A stretch of 64,000 nt of DNA from Octopus vulgaris (lineage: Eukaryota). Under the pieces are notes generated by a model, which did no database searches, was not told where the DNA came from, and saw only the letters and a list, made by a program, of their open reading frames with translations. How positions within the stretch are numbered: position 1 is the first letter of the stretch; each line of letters starts with the position of its first letter. Positions 1 through 12,959 of the stretch are shown in pieces. Both the position numbers and the translations under genes were made by a program. The stretch lies in the NCBI GenBank assembly GCA_951406725.2, contig OX597824.1, positions 94,116,001 to 94,180,000 on the forward strand, given 5' to 3'.

Positions 1-180
1 ACGAGGAAACTTGTAGCTAGTCTCTCGGCCTGCGAGAAATAGCAGTCAAAACCTATCTGGCATCATTCTTACGGCTCATATACGTATGTGTGTCTCTGTA
101 TGAGAATTTAAATGTGTGTGTTTGTGCGTGTATACTTATATTTATAATTTTTGTCTGATAAATAGGAAGCGTGAGAGAGA

Positions 181-222
181 TAGAGATAAAGATAGAGACA
201 GACAGACAGACTGACAGATAGT

Positions 223-299
<77 letters not shown>
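181..299. repeat. (GATA)n/(GACA)n microsatellite
   Basis: Direct read of the tandem tetranucleotide. Confidence 0.95.
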
Positions 300-624
300 C
301 CGTTTAAAAGCTAATGAAAGTATACATAAAATTCACCCTGATACTAAAAAGGAAATATATACACCTCCTGGCAGCGTCCAGCCTCTCTTCATTTATCTGC
401 GTTTAATTATGCCATTTATTTTTCCTAATTACTAATTATTCACCAGAACACGGGCTATGACCGTGACCTTTCTGCTTTCCCTCCCATGTAGTGACGTCAC
501 GATCGCTAAATTCATTTATCAGCCATTATCGCCTTCATTTTTAATTTCGAATATTTCTCTCCATTTATTTTCTCACTATTTTCCATACAACGGCCAGTAA
601 AACTTTCGAGATTATCGCCAACGC

Positions 625-1096
625 TCTTTCTAATTTTGACACAAGGCCAGAAAGTATGAGAGGTGGGAGGGGGGGCTAAATTGATGGCCTCGAAATGGTA
701 CTTAGTTTATCAATCCCGGAAGGATGAAATACACAGATGACCTAGATGGAATCTGAACTCAAAGCGTAAAGAGCCGGAAGAAATGCAACCAGGCATTTTG
801 TCCGACGCGTTAAGGATTTTTTTCAGCTTTCCACCTTATCCAATAACGCTAATAATAATCCTTTCAACAATAGTAAAGAGGCCAGTAATTTCAGCGAAGT
901 GGTTAAGTCGATTACATTGACCCCAGTTCTCACTTGGTGTGTGTGTCTGTCTGGGTGTCTGTGTGTTTTGTCAACTCCAAAAGGCTTAAAGGAAAAGTTG
1001 ACATCGACGGATTTCGAACTCAGAAAGAAAATGTTAAAATAATGCTGGTTATCATTTTGTTCGACGCTCTTGCACTTCTACTATTTTGCCACCTTC
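625..1096 (-). mobile_element. Two old, diverged SINE family A copies
   Basis: Degenerate matches to the reverse complement of family A (aaggatgaaa, gaactc, gtcgattacattgaccccag) at about 625-837 and 858-1096. Confidence 0.75.
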
Positions 1097-1147
1097 TAAA
1101 ACTTTATCCTTAATTGTGGAATGAGTAAATATATATTTATACTTTAA

Positions 1148-1191
<44 letters not shown>

Positions 1192-1215
1192 TGTCCAATA
1201 TGGCCACTCTTCTTT

Positions 1216-1422
1216 AAGGTGGCGAGCAGGCAGAAACGTTAGCACGCCGGGCGAAATGCTTAGCAGTATTTCGTCTGTCTTTACGTTCTGGGTTCAAATT
1301 CGACTTTGCCTTTCATTCCTTCGGGGTCGATAAATTAAATACCAGTTTCGTACTGGAGTCGATCTAATCGACTGGCACCCTCCCCCAAACATTTCGGGCC
1401 TTGTGCCTAAAGTAGAAAAGAA
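1216..1422 (+). mobile_element. SINE family A (tRNA-like head, MetaSINE-like core), tail type B
   Basis: Head ggtggcgagcaggcagaaacgttagc with a B-box-like ggttcaaatt. Core cgactttgcctttcattccttcggggtcgataaattaaataccag resembles the MetaSINE central domain. Tail ggccttgtgcctaaagtagaaaagaa. Confidence 0.9.
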
Positions 1423-2094
1423 CATGTCCAGCCTTCTTATTGCCGAGTAATTTGAGATTTTTGCTATTGGTAGCATATCTTACCACCGAGTAGAATTATG
1501 GCAGAAGCAGTATTGGTAGGAGGAGGAGGACAGAAGGTGAAGGATTAGCAACAGGGGCAGCAGTAGTTGCTGGTTTTGTTGTTGTTACTGTTGTTGTTTA
1601 TTGTAATTATCATCGCCGTTGTAACACAGAGGACAGCGATGGCTTCTGTAGCAGAATTAATAAATGGCAGGGACAAAATAAGAAACTTACTAATGACGTT
1701 TTGTCATATTTGTTGTACCTTCGGAATTTCATATCCTGTTGAGATGGGGTAGGGCTTTGCCTTTCATCGTTGTTGTGTTCTTTGCTGAGGATCAATAAAT
1801 TAAGTAGCAGTGAAGCATTGAGATCGATATTATTGGATTCGTGATGTTGTTGTTGATTCTTCGCCCCTGCTCGTCTCTGTCCGAGAAGACACACGATCAA
1901 AAGATTCTGCAGTAACGACTTCCTGTCTTTTACTCAGATATTAGTCGTGAGGGTGTTTGCTGGTGTGGTGGAGGTGGTGGTGTGAGATTTTGTGGGGGAG
2001 GTGTGGTTCGTGCTGGACGTAACGGTATGTGGGGAAGGTTGTGGTGGAGGTGTGGATTTCTTCCGGTGGATGTAACGGCGTATGGTGATAATAG

Positions 2095-2375
2095 TGTTGT
2101 TGTTATTGGTGGTGGTGGTGGTGGTGGTGGTGATGGGGTGGTATCGGCGATTGTGATCTTGGTAGTGGCCCTAGTGGTGGTTGTGATCGTGGTGGTAGTG
2201 GCGGTGGTGTTGATAGTGGTGGTGATGGTGGTGGTGGTGATAGTGGTGGTGGTGATGGTGGCGGTGGTGATGGTAATGGTGGTTGTGCTCGTGGGTGGTG
2301 GTGATGGTGGTGGTGGTTGTGCTCGTGGGTGGTGGTGATGGTGATGGTGGTGTTGTTGAGGGTGGTGGCGGTGGT
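2095..2375. repeat. Degenerate (GGT/GAT)n trinucleotide array
   Basis: Direct read; it explains the Val/Gly/His/Thr-rich ORFs at 1982-2552. Confidence 0.9.
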
Positions 2376-2642
2376 CCTACCATTTGTAATGGTGTTGCTG
2401 TCAATGCCTCCGATGCTTCTATTCTTCCTTATACCGAGTCAGTCAGTTGTGTTCTTCACATTATGAAACCTAAAGTAATACAAAGATCTACCCGGCGCCT
2501 TACCCTGGTATGCCTCTATCTGCTCTCCCATCAACAGGTTACACTACTGTAGGGATTTGAAAATGAAAAAAAGATAAAATAAATTGCCAATATGTTATGT
2601 TAAGCTTCCATATTTCTTCTTTTTTTGTGTGTGGTGAAAGCT

Positions 2643-2912
2643 ATAAGTTCTCAAAGTGGGCGCTACCGCCCCCGGTGGGCGTCGAGACGTTCCAGATGGG
2701 CGCTGGTGCCTAAGGAGGCAGTGGTGGGGGGAAGTAGAGAAAAAGAAGGCGTTGAGAGGAAGGTAGTAGATTGGGGACATTATGAATTTATTATAATATT
2801 ATTATACTATTGTATACAAATTATATAATATTATATTAAATATCAAATGATTCATAGTAAAATATAAAATATTTATTTATAAAAATAGAGGTGGGGACGC
2901 TGGGGATAATTT
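2643..2912 (+). mobile_element. Truncated hAT-type non-autonomous DNA transposon relic
   Basis: Starts gttctcaaagtgggcgctaccgcccccggtgggcg, resembling hAT/Charlie-type termini, with repeated gggcgct motifs and an AT-rich middle. No right TIR seen. Confidence 0.5.
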
Positions 2913-3022
2913 GCGGTTCGGCAACAGAAACTGATAGAATAAGTACTAGGCTTACAAAGAATATGTCCTGGGGTCGATTTGTTCGGGTAAATGTGTGTGT
3001 GTGTATGTGTGAGTGTGTGTGT

Positions 3023-3094
<72 letters not shown>

Positions 3095-3394
3095 ATGGGT
3101 GTGCCTGCGTGCGTGCGTACCTCCGTGTGTCTAAACGAACTTTAGTCAGTTAAAATACGTGTGTTATATTACAACGTCTGAAGAGAAATTCTCTACGATT
3201 ACCATGGAGAGAAAATCTCGCTTAAAGTAAAAGGTGTGAAAACACATCTTCTCAGTACCTCCGCATCTTCTCAGTATCTCCGCAGACTCCCAGACACATT
3301 ACTGTGTCTTTGGCCATCGTCAGTGTGAGATACAGAAGAGAGATAACTCGAGCAGATTCTAAAGCCGTACCTTTAACTTTAAACTGTCAGTGTT

Positions 3395-4045
3395 TGTGTG
3401 CTTGTTTGTCTCTGTATTTGTTTGTCCCCCACCTCACCATTTCACAACCCTCTCCATAACGTAGCGATTCGGCTAAAAAGAAACGATAGAATATAAGGCG
3501 GCGAGCTGGCAGAAGCGTTAGCACGCCGGGAGAAATGCTTAGCGGTATTTCGTCTGCCGTTACGTTCTGAGTTCAAATTCCGCTGAGGTCGACTTAGCCT
3601 TTCATCCTTTCGGAGTCGATTAAATAAGTACCAGTTACACATTGGAGTCGATATAATCGACTTAATCCGTTTGTCCTTGTTTGTCCCTTCTATGTTTAGC
3701 CCATTGTGGGCAGTAAAGAAATAGAAATAGGTATTTCGTCTGTCGCTACGTTCTGAGTTCAAATTCCGCCGAGGTCGACTTTGCCTTTCATCCTTTCGGG
3801 GTTGATTAAATAAGTACCAGTTACACAATGGGGTCGATATAATCTACTTAATCCGTTTGTCTGTCCTTATTTGTCCACTCTGTGTTTAACCCCTCGTGGG
3901 TAGTAAAGAAATAAGAAACGATAGAATAAGTACCAGATTTTTAAAATAAATAAAACATGAATCCTGGGGTCGATTTCTTCAACGAAAAACCCTTCAAGGC
4001 GGCCCCAGCTTGGTCTCGCTCAGTGACTGAAACAAATAAAGGATA
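3395..4045 (+). mobile_element. 3' module of SINE family B, interrupted by a family A dimer
   Basis: tttgtccccc...gcgattcggctaaaaagaaacgatagaata, then the insertion, then agtaccag...cctggggtcgattt...tgactgaaacaaataaa. Confidence 0.75.
3494..3912 (+). mobile_element. SINE family A head-to-tail dimer (tail A + tail A) with 16-bp TSD
   Basis: Full monomer to 3729; the second monomer restarts at GGTATTTCG (3730). TSD aagaaacgatagaata at 3478-3493 and 3913-3928. Confidence 0.93.
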
Positions 4046-4815
4046 AAAATTAATTCAAAGAATCTTCTATTTCAAAAACAAAAAGTAACCAAAAATGTGT
4101 ATAATTGGCGACGAATTTGGCTGTTATTTCTCCCATGTCACACGGGCTCGTAAAGGCCCCGTTATTATTGGTTCCATTTTCCATAGAATTAAGTGGATGT
4201 GAGGTAAATTTCCTGTAGGCAGATTTCCAAAAGAAAAACCAGCTTTCCTCTTCGCCAGAATATGATATAACTAAAGCAGATTAAAGTTATGCTCGTGGTT
4301 TTTCCAACAACTTTCTTCCCCTTTTTCTTATATTTTTCGTTATAAATTAACTTTATATTTCCAAGTTAATATTAACTTTCTCTTTTTCTGCCGCCTAAAG
4401 AACGAAAACTTCAATAATAAATTCCAACTTTTGAGAAAAAAAGAAAAGAAGAAAATGAAAAAATAAATTTTAAAATGAAATTAACAGTCGAAAAATAAAC
4501 AACTAAATAAATTTAAAGATAAAAATGACAAACGAAAATAATAAAATTTTCCAGAATATTTCTAGATGCCTTGAGAAGGCAAAAACATGAATAAGAGCTA
4601 CAGCCGCAAAATAATAACACTGAGAAAAGAACAAAATGAAACGAGGACACTACAAACGCTAATATGTGCAATATTACAGAAAATAAGATGCTAACACATA
4701 CACACACAGATACTCAAACACATACAGATACTCAAACACATACAGATATATAGACGAATATATATGTATGTATATATAAATATATATATATATAGATATA
4801 TGTATACGTGTAGGA

Positions 4816-4888
<73 letters not shown>

Positions 4889-5039
4889 CATATATATATA
4901 TATATATATATTCTATATATTATATGTAAAAATATATATATAATATATATTTAATATCTCACACGAGCGCGCAGACTGGTACATAACACATACGCACATA
5001 TCTATCTATCTATATATTATATATATGTGTGTATATATA

Positions 5040-5101
<62 letters not shown>

Positions 5102-5183
5102 ATATATATATACACACTCAAGGAATCACGCATATATGTATTTAATATATACGTACATGTATAATTTTATTTATACACACACA

Positions 5184-5260
<77 letters not shown>

Positions 5261-5799
5261 TCTTATATATTTATGTGTGTTTATATAAGAGAGCGAGAGA
5301 GAGAATATTTTATTTTGTTCTATTTTTAACTGATGCAAACATTGCAAAATTATTAGAAAAATTAAATGAAAAACTAAAGGCAAGCAAATCACTAAATGCA
5401 TATATATAATAAAGAAAGCGATACATTGATATTTCAAGTTAAAAATATGGAGATGAAGAAGTACACAGAGTTGGATGGCTAGAAAAACAGATAATTTTCA
5501 TAGCCAGGTAGAGATGCTAGATAGCAAAATAGATACATGCAGTGTTTGCAACAGGGTGTTCCTTATGAAATGTCTGTTATAAATTTGCTTCTCCAACGAA
5601 AACACTTTAGATGCTTCAACCAACAAGTATTCCATGCAGAAATTACAAGAATGAAGACAGTTGTGGTTAAATTTGTCTTGTTTACCTGTGTTAGGAATTT
5701 TGTATTTATTGGCATCCTTATCGATAGAATTGTAATGCTATATAAGTGTAACATTGGCAACAGCAGTAATTCACTTGCTATCATGGAAGAGACGAGGAA

Positions 5800-6800
5800 T
5801 ATTACGTAAATTATCTGCAAACAAAACTAAAATACTCAGCCCTAAGCAATGTAGCAGATTATACAATGACATAACGCGTAACATTAAAATATGTCAAACT
5901 CTGCTAAAAGCATGCAAGCGCCAGGCTTTAGTATTAAATCGAGAGACCCATTAAGTCTGCTTCTAATAAAAGGGTACAGAATTATCCGGCGATATTCCTG
6001 AGTTTCTGTTTTTGAATTTCCACTTCCTAAACTTTGTTCAACTCGTGTTCAACTCCATCTAATATTTGATATTTTAAAAAGGAAATGGATACGTTCTACT
6101 TCTGGTGTGGCATCGATATGGCCATCGGGATAATCCGCCTTGGATGTAGAATTGTAGATGGTTTTAGCTATAAGGTCAAAACAGATATCTGTAGATCAGT
6201 TTCACTTTACAGATGGTAAGTTGGTCAATACAGCTCTTGACCACTTTCTGCTCTCTTACCTGCTCATCAGTCGCCACGTTGTGTTTTGCAATGAATTTTT
6301 TGTGGAACATGTATGAACGTGTATTTTTAATTATTTGAAGTCTTCCTGTCGGGAAAGATCAGATTTTTAACAAAGTTACAGGCCTCCATCTTCGGAATAT
6401 AGATACCAAAAACAAATTCGCAGTCTCAATTTGATAAAACCTTGCATGTTTTAACAGTTCCACTTAGAGATTGTGGTTGTAATATGCGTATTAGCTGGTT
6501 GATTTTTATTCTGAAAATCCCAGCTTCTTAACATTATCACAGGCATTTTATTCACAAAATTATTGTTGGTATAAATGTAAATTCATAATCTGGGTTTAAA
6601 ATCGAGAGGTTTCAAAGCAGTTTTCCGTAGTTACCTTTTGTCTCTTTGATTTTCGAAGATGTATGTCTGTACGTACGGTTTTCTTTGAGTTTAATTTAAA
6701 TTCTTGAGAGAGTTTCAGTCGGTGGCTAACAAAGCAACAAGACTCTTTTGACTTGAGTGTGTTCCCGGCGTTTGTAAATATGTGGTTGAGTTGGAGTGTG
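5800..6800 (-). mobile_element. Probable highly decayed RLE-type LINE fragment
   Basis: Minus-strand peptide FDLIAKTIYNSTSKADYPDGHIDATPEVE resembles the RHDxxAKxIY region of RLE non-LTR elements. Many stops and frameshifts; boundaries approximate. Confidence 0.35.
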
Positions 6801-6859
6801 GGTTGAACTGTCGATACATACAGCCAAGTGTGTGCATCTATTCACATAAGAATCTCACA

Positions 6860-7150
6860 TGGAAAATTTCTGAAATGTCTTGCAGATCTTCACTGTGCCA
6901 CTAATAGACTGGATTTAGAGGATCCGCGTCAGTTTTGGTTTCACAGAAAAAAACAGCAAATAATATACTTCCGCGCCTTTTTCTGGATCCTTCATCACCA
7001 GAACTGTTCTAACCTTTATCATCCAGTCTGGCACATTACCATGGTTGAAGCTGTTTTGAAAGATGTTTTGGCAATCATCAGCATGTTGACCAGAATCCCT
7101 TAAATAAGATTTGGTCCAACAGCTTTCCTGGTGGCCAAATTCCTCATCTA
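6860..7150 (-). mobile_element. R4/Dong-type LINE fragment, N-terminal RT region
   Basis: ORF 6915-7253 contains VPDWMIKVRTVLVMKDPEKGAEV, matching the R4/Dong PxWMTxGRTVLIxKDP motif that precedes NYRPI. Confidence 0.8.
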
Positions 7151-7159
7151 CTAAAGAGA

Positions 7160-8027
<868 letters not shown>

Positions 8028-8061
8028 TACTACTACTACTACTACTACCAATAAAAATAAC

Positions 8062-8102
<41 letters not shown>

Positions 8103-8110
8103 TAATAATG

Positions 8111-8172
<62 letters not shown>

Positions 8173-8426
8173 AGGTCAAAACATAGAAACAGCACAAAGC
8201 AAACTATACAGAGAATATACCCAAGGCAAACACAGTTGTGTTCGTCATCGCAGTAAAATTACAATGTATTAATAAAATCGGTATAAAGTATTGTTATTAT
8301 TAATAATAATAAAAATAATAATAATAATAACATTATTATTATTATTATTGTGAATAGTATTATTACTTCATTAAATTCTTTATTTGTTAGCTAAACACAA
8401 GGAGAGAGAGAGAGAAAAAAAAGAGA

Positions 8427-8459
<33 letters not shown>

Positions 8460-8533
8460 TTACTTTTGACATATTCTGTCTGTTGAAAATGAATATAACA
8501 AGAAAGAGAAAATATAGTTATTCTTTATAAAAT

Positions 8534-8571
8534 ATGATAATAATAATAACAACAACAACAACAACAACAAC

Positions 8572-8638
<67 letters not shown>

Positions 8639-8722
8639 GTAATAATAATAATAATAATAATAACAATAATAGTAATAATAATAATAATAATAATAATGAT
8701 AATAATAATAATAACAATAACA

Positions 8723-8759
<37 letters not shown>

Positions 8760-9020
8760 CGATGATGATGACGATGATGATGACGATGATCATGATGATG
8801 ATCATGATGATGATCATGATGATGGTGATGGTGATGATGATCATGATGATGGTGATGGTGGTGATGACGATGACGATGATGATGATGATGATGATTATAA
8901 CGATGATGATGATGATGATGATGGTGATGTTGACGATGATGATGGTGATCGTGATGATGATGAAGATGATAGTCATGATGATGATGATGATGATGATGAT
9001 GAGGGTGACGATGATGATGA
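8534..9020. repeat. Compound trinucleotide array (AAC, AAT, GAT)
   Basis: Direct read. Confidence 0.95.
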
Positions 9021-9503
9021 TTGTAAAAACGAAGTTTAACGCGACTCGTTGAAGTTATGAAGAAAAAATACAAAGAATGGTCGGGCGGCGTAGAGTGTGG
9101 GTGACGGGTGGGTGTGACAGGAGAGCGACGTGAGTATAGTTTGAATGGCTGTCTGATAATTTCGTTGCAGAGACTTTGATTGGGTGGTTAGAGTTTTGGT
9201 TTGTCGTGTTTGTTTTTTGGTTGTTTTTTTATTGTTTTGGTTTCGGTTTTTTTTTTCCTTTTTTTGGTGTTGTTGTTGTTGTTTTTTAAACACAAATAAA
9301 ATTGTAATGAGATCGCAGACTGTCAAGACGATACTGTGGAAGATAAAGTAAAAAAAAAAAGAAATTAAACAAAAAACCAGAAAAGGCAAAAAAGAACAAA
9401 AGACACAAAGAAAGAGAAATGAAAGCTGAGAGGTCGGCTGACCTGAAAGTTCAAGCGTTCGTATTCTTGTCATTGCTTCTGGGTTTTGTCCTGTGTCAAG
9501 AGA

Positions 9504-9550
9504 AATAATAATAATAATAATAATAGTAATGATAATAATAATAATAATAA

Positions 9551-9581
<31 letters not shown>

Positions 9582-9961
9582 AAAAAGAAGAAGAAGAAGA
9601 AGAAGAAGAAGAAGAAGAAAACAATTAGACAACAGCAACAAGAAGAACGACAACGACGACAATGATGATAACAACAATAATAATTATGATGATAACGATA
9701 AGAAGGAGAAGGAGAAGAAGGAGGTGGAAGAGGAGGAGGAGGAGGATAAGAAAATGGAGGAGAAAATGAAAAAGAAGTGAAGAAAAAGGAGAAAATAAGA
9801 AAAAGAAGAAAAATATGATGATGATGAAGAAAAGGAGAAGAAAAAGAAAAAGATGATGAGGATGATGATGTTGATGATGAAGATGAAGATGAAGATGAGG
9901 AAGAAGATGAGGATGAAGAAGATGAAGAAAAGATGATGAAGTACAAGTAGTAGTATTGGTG

Positions 9962-10027
<66 letters not shown>
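9504..10027. repeat. Compound trinucleotide array (AAT, AAG, GAC/GAT, GAG, TAG)
   Basis: Direct read. Confidence 0.95.
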
Positions 10028-10028
<1 letters not shown>

Positions 10029-10372
10029 CGGTTGCCATAGCTGGGGCCGCACGGGCGGATGGCAAAAAGCTGGTAAAGATGGAAAGATGCAGGCTAGTAA
10101 CAAAAGAGGAAATTGCACGAATGTGGGGAACGAAAGGTGTAACTGTCATCCCAGCAGTTGTAGGGGGTGCAGTGGGGGCAATAACAACCAGGTTTGTGGG
10201 AGAAATTGGAACTGACATGAGGGAAGAACACGCTCAAAAATACTGTTCAGAAATACCAATCTTAGTACTTGGATATGAAGTATTGTGGAAAGAGACCGTT
10301 TGTGGCCTTTGGCAACAGGTTGCTGTCCGCACTTGGACAATTTACCGGAGCAAGTGGAATCGAACATTCTGA
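10028..10372 (+). mobile_element. R4/Dong-type LINE 3' fragment (restriction-like endonuclease domain)
   Basis: VAIAGAARADGKKLVKMERCRLVTKEEIARMWGTKGVTVIPAVVGGAVGAI...EHAQK fits the DVAxP...KxxKY...IPVVVGALG...QK pattern of RLE C-termini. Confidence 0.85.
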
Positions 10373-10390
10373 GAACTAAAATGGAAATAA

Positions 10391-10727
10391 TCTCTTTTAT
10401 TCTAGGGACAATGGTGACAGTCGATTAGATCGATTCCAGCACGAAACTGGTACTTTATTTATCGACCCCCGAAAGGGTAAGCGGCAAAGTCGACTTCGGT
10501 GGAATTTGAACTCAGAACGTAAAGACAGACGAACTAAAATGGAAATTGCAAAAGTGATTTCTTTGTTCTTTTCTACTCAAGGCAAAAGGCCCGAAATGTT
10601 TGGGGAGGGTGCCAGTCGAAAAGATCGAACCCTGCACGCAACTGGTACTTTATTTATCGACCCCGAAAGGATGAACGGCAAAGTCGACTTCGGTGGAATT
10701 TGAACTCAGAACGTAAAGACAGACGAA
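10391..10727 (-). mobile_element. Two 5'-truncated SINE family A copies (tail B)
   Basis: Copies at about 10391-10533 and 10563-10727, both ending at gacagacgaa. Flank gaactaaaa(t/a)ggaaat is present three times. Confidence 0.88.
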
Positions 10728-11227
10728 CTAAAAAGGAAATAGTAATCGTACCTCTTTATTGTTTTCTGGCATTTCCGTAGGTGTATCTACACGTATAGTA
10801 TATACTCAGACGTGTTCTTAGGGAAGATTTGACTGCTGTTTTTAGCGAGTCGAATGATTACATAGAAGCTCTTTCATAGGAATCCAACAGTATAACTCTA
10901 AAGCATTCCTGAGAGCTATAAATCTGATAATGGGACAAATTGAAATCCAGAAATGACCTACAGAACGAAAAGGCTATTTTTTGCATTCTTCATTATATTT
11001 ATTTCTGTGTTTGTTCGGATTTTTTTTTGTTTTGAAACCAACCAAAAGTTCGATTTTTAGAGATTTTATGGGGCAGGCGTGTCTATGTGGTTGCTAGGAG
11101 GGTCTTTTCTTAACCTTATGACCCCGTGTTCGCTTCTGTGTTCTCCTCCACCTTGCCAGCATAGAACTTTGGGCAAAGTGTGTCTGTCTTAGTATATGCG
11201 CACACACGCGTGTGTATGTGTGTCCGG

Positions 11228-11550
11228 TGAAGGCGCGTGGCTTAGTGGTTAGATTACTCAACTCTCGATCATAAGAACGTGATTTCGATTCTCGGCGGTG
11301 CGTTGTATCATGGAGCAAGACACTTTTTTTCTTGTTGCTTCAGTCTGCTCAGCTGGCAAAAATAAGGTATGACTGCATTTCAAAGGGTCAGCCTTGTTAG
11401 GTTTCTGTGACACGCTGCATCGTCCTAAGAACTACGTTAGAGGGACGCGTGTCTGTGGAGTACTCAGCCACTTGCACGTTAATTCCGCGAGCAGGCTGTT
11501 CCGTTGATCGTATCGGGTGGAATATACATCGTCGTCTCAACCGACGGTAT
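11228..11550 (+). mobile_element. SINE family C (tRNA-derived)
   Basis: A-box tggcttagtgg, B-box-like tttcgattc, body gtctgtggagtactcagccacttgcacgttaatt...gcaggctgttccgttgatcg shared with the copies at 26.5 and 50 kb. Confidence 0.85.
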
Positions 11551-11579
11551 GTTTGTATGTGTGTAAGAGAGTCTATATT

Positions 11580-12551
11580 CTTTTCTTCTCTAGGCACAAG
11601 ACCCGAAATTTTTTTTTGGGGGGGGGGGGAACAGTCAATTAGATCGACCCCAGTACGCAACAGGTACTTAATTTATCGACTCCGAAAGGATGAAAGGCAA
11701 AGTCGACCTCGGCGGAATTTGATCACAGAACGTAACGGCAGACGAAATACCTATTACTTTACTACCTACAAGGGACTAAACAGAGAGAGGACAAACAAGG
11801 ACAGACAAACAGATTAAGTCGATTATATCGACCCCAGTGCGTAAGTGGTACTTAATTTGTCGACCCCGAAAGGATGAAAGGTAAAGTCGACCTCGGCGGA
11901 ATTTGAACTCACAACGTAAAGACAGATGAAATACCGCTAAGCATTTCGCCCGGCGTGCTAACATGTCTTTCCTACTCTAGGCACAAGGCGCGAAATTTTG
12001 TGTAGGAGGGGGCCAGTCAATTAGATCAACCCCAGTAGCCAAATGGTCCTTCATTTATTGAGCCCGAAATGATGAAAGGCAATGTCGACCTCAGTGGAAT
12101 TTGAACTCAGAATGCAATGACAGATGAAATACCTATTTCTTTATTGCCTACAGGGGCTAAACACAGAGAGGACAAACAAGGACAGACAAACGGATTAAGT
12201 CGATTATATCGACCCCAGTGCGTAACTGGTACTTAATTTGTTGACCCCGAAAGGATGAAAGGCAAAGTCGACCGCAGCGGAATTTGAACTCAGAACGTAT
12301 AAACAGACGAAATACCTATTTCTTTATTGCCCACAAGGGGCTAAACACAGAGGGGACAAACAAGGACAGACATAGGTATTAAGTCGATTACATCGACCCC
12401 AGTGCGTAAGTGGTACTTAATTTATCGACCCCGAAAGGATGAAAGGCAAAGTCGACCTCGGCGGAATTTGAACTCAGAACGTTGCGACAGACGAAATACC
12501 GCTAAGCATTTCGCCCGGCGTGCTAACGATTCTGCCAACTCACCGCTTTGT
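11580..12551 (-). mobile_element. Five-monomer array of SINE family A within a single 13-bp TSD
   Basis: Monomers in sense order: 12548-12317 (tail A), 12316-12134 (A), 12133-11966 (B), 11963-11752 (A), 11751-11580 (B). TSD gagagtctatatt at 11567-11579 and 12552-12564. Confidence 0.92.
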
Positions 12552-12721
12552 GAGAGTCTATATTAGAGTCTGGTTCAGAGTGGAATGGCAAAAGAAAAGA
12601 CAATCATCCGTGTGTCACACAATAACATTTGTAGTATTTTGAAACATTTTGATTGTCTCCCTTTGCATCCGGTTAATTTCAAATTTCGTCCACATCCGAC
12701 GCTGATAAAATAAGTAAAAGA

Positions 12722-12785
<64 letters not shown>

Positions 12786-12959
12786 TAATCAGATAAAATA
12801 ATCTAAAACAAGATAAAATAAGAGACAGTACTTGAGAGATGTGAGGGGACAATATATTAGGCTAAAATCTTTTGAAGGTGATGCTACAGCATGGCCGCAA
12901 CATTGTTACTGGAACTAGTAAAATGACTAAAAACGTAAAATAAAAGCTTGTTCTTATAG

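Noticed and set aside
3170-3335. CTGAAGA (+) and CTGACGA (-) hammerhead half-cores
   Set aside because: No correctly placed GAAA after stem II.
3730-3800. HDV-like or hammerhead ribozyme at the SINE multimer junction
   Set aside because: Only a 6/7 P1-like match; no convincing P3/L3/P1.1, and no CUGANGA...GAAA core in the monomer.
5563-5820. Hydrophobic ORF resembling GPCR TM3-TM4
   Set aside because: No DRY-like motif, short, and next to a LINE relic; unsupported.
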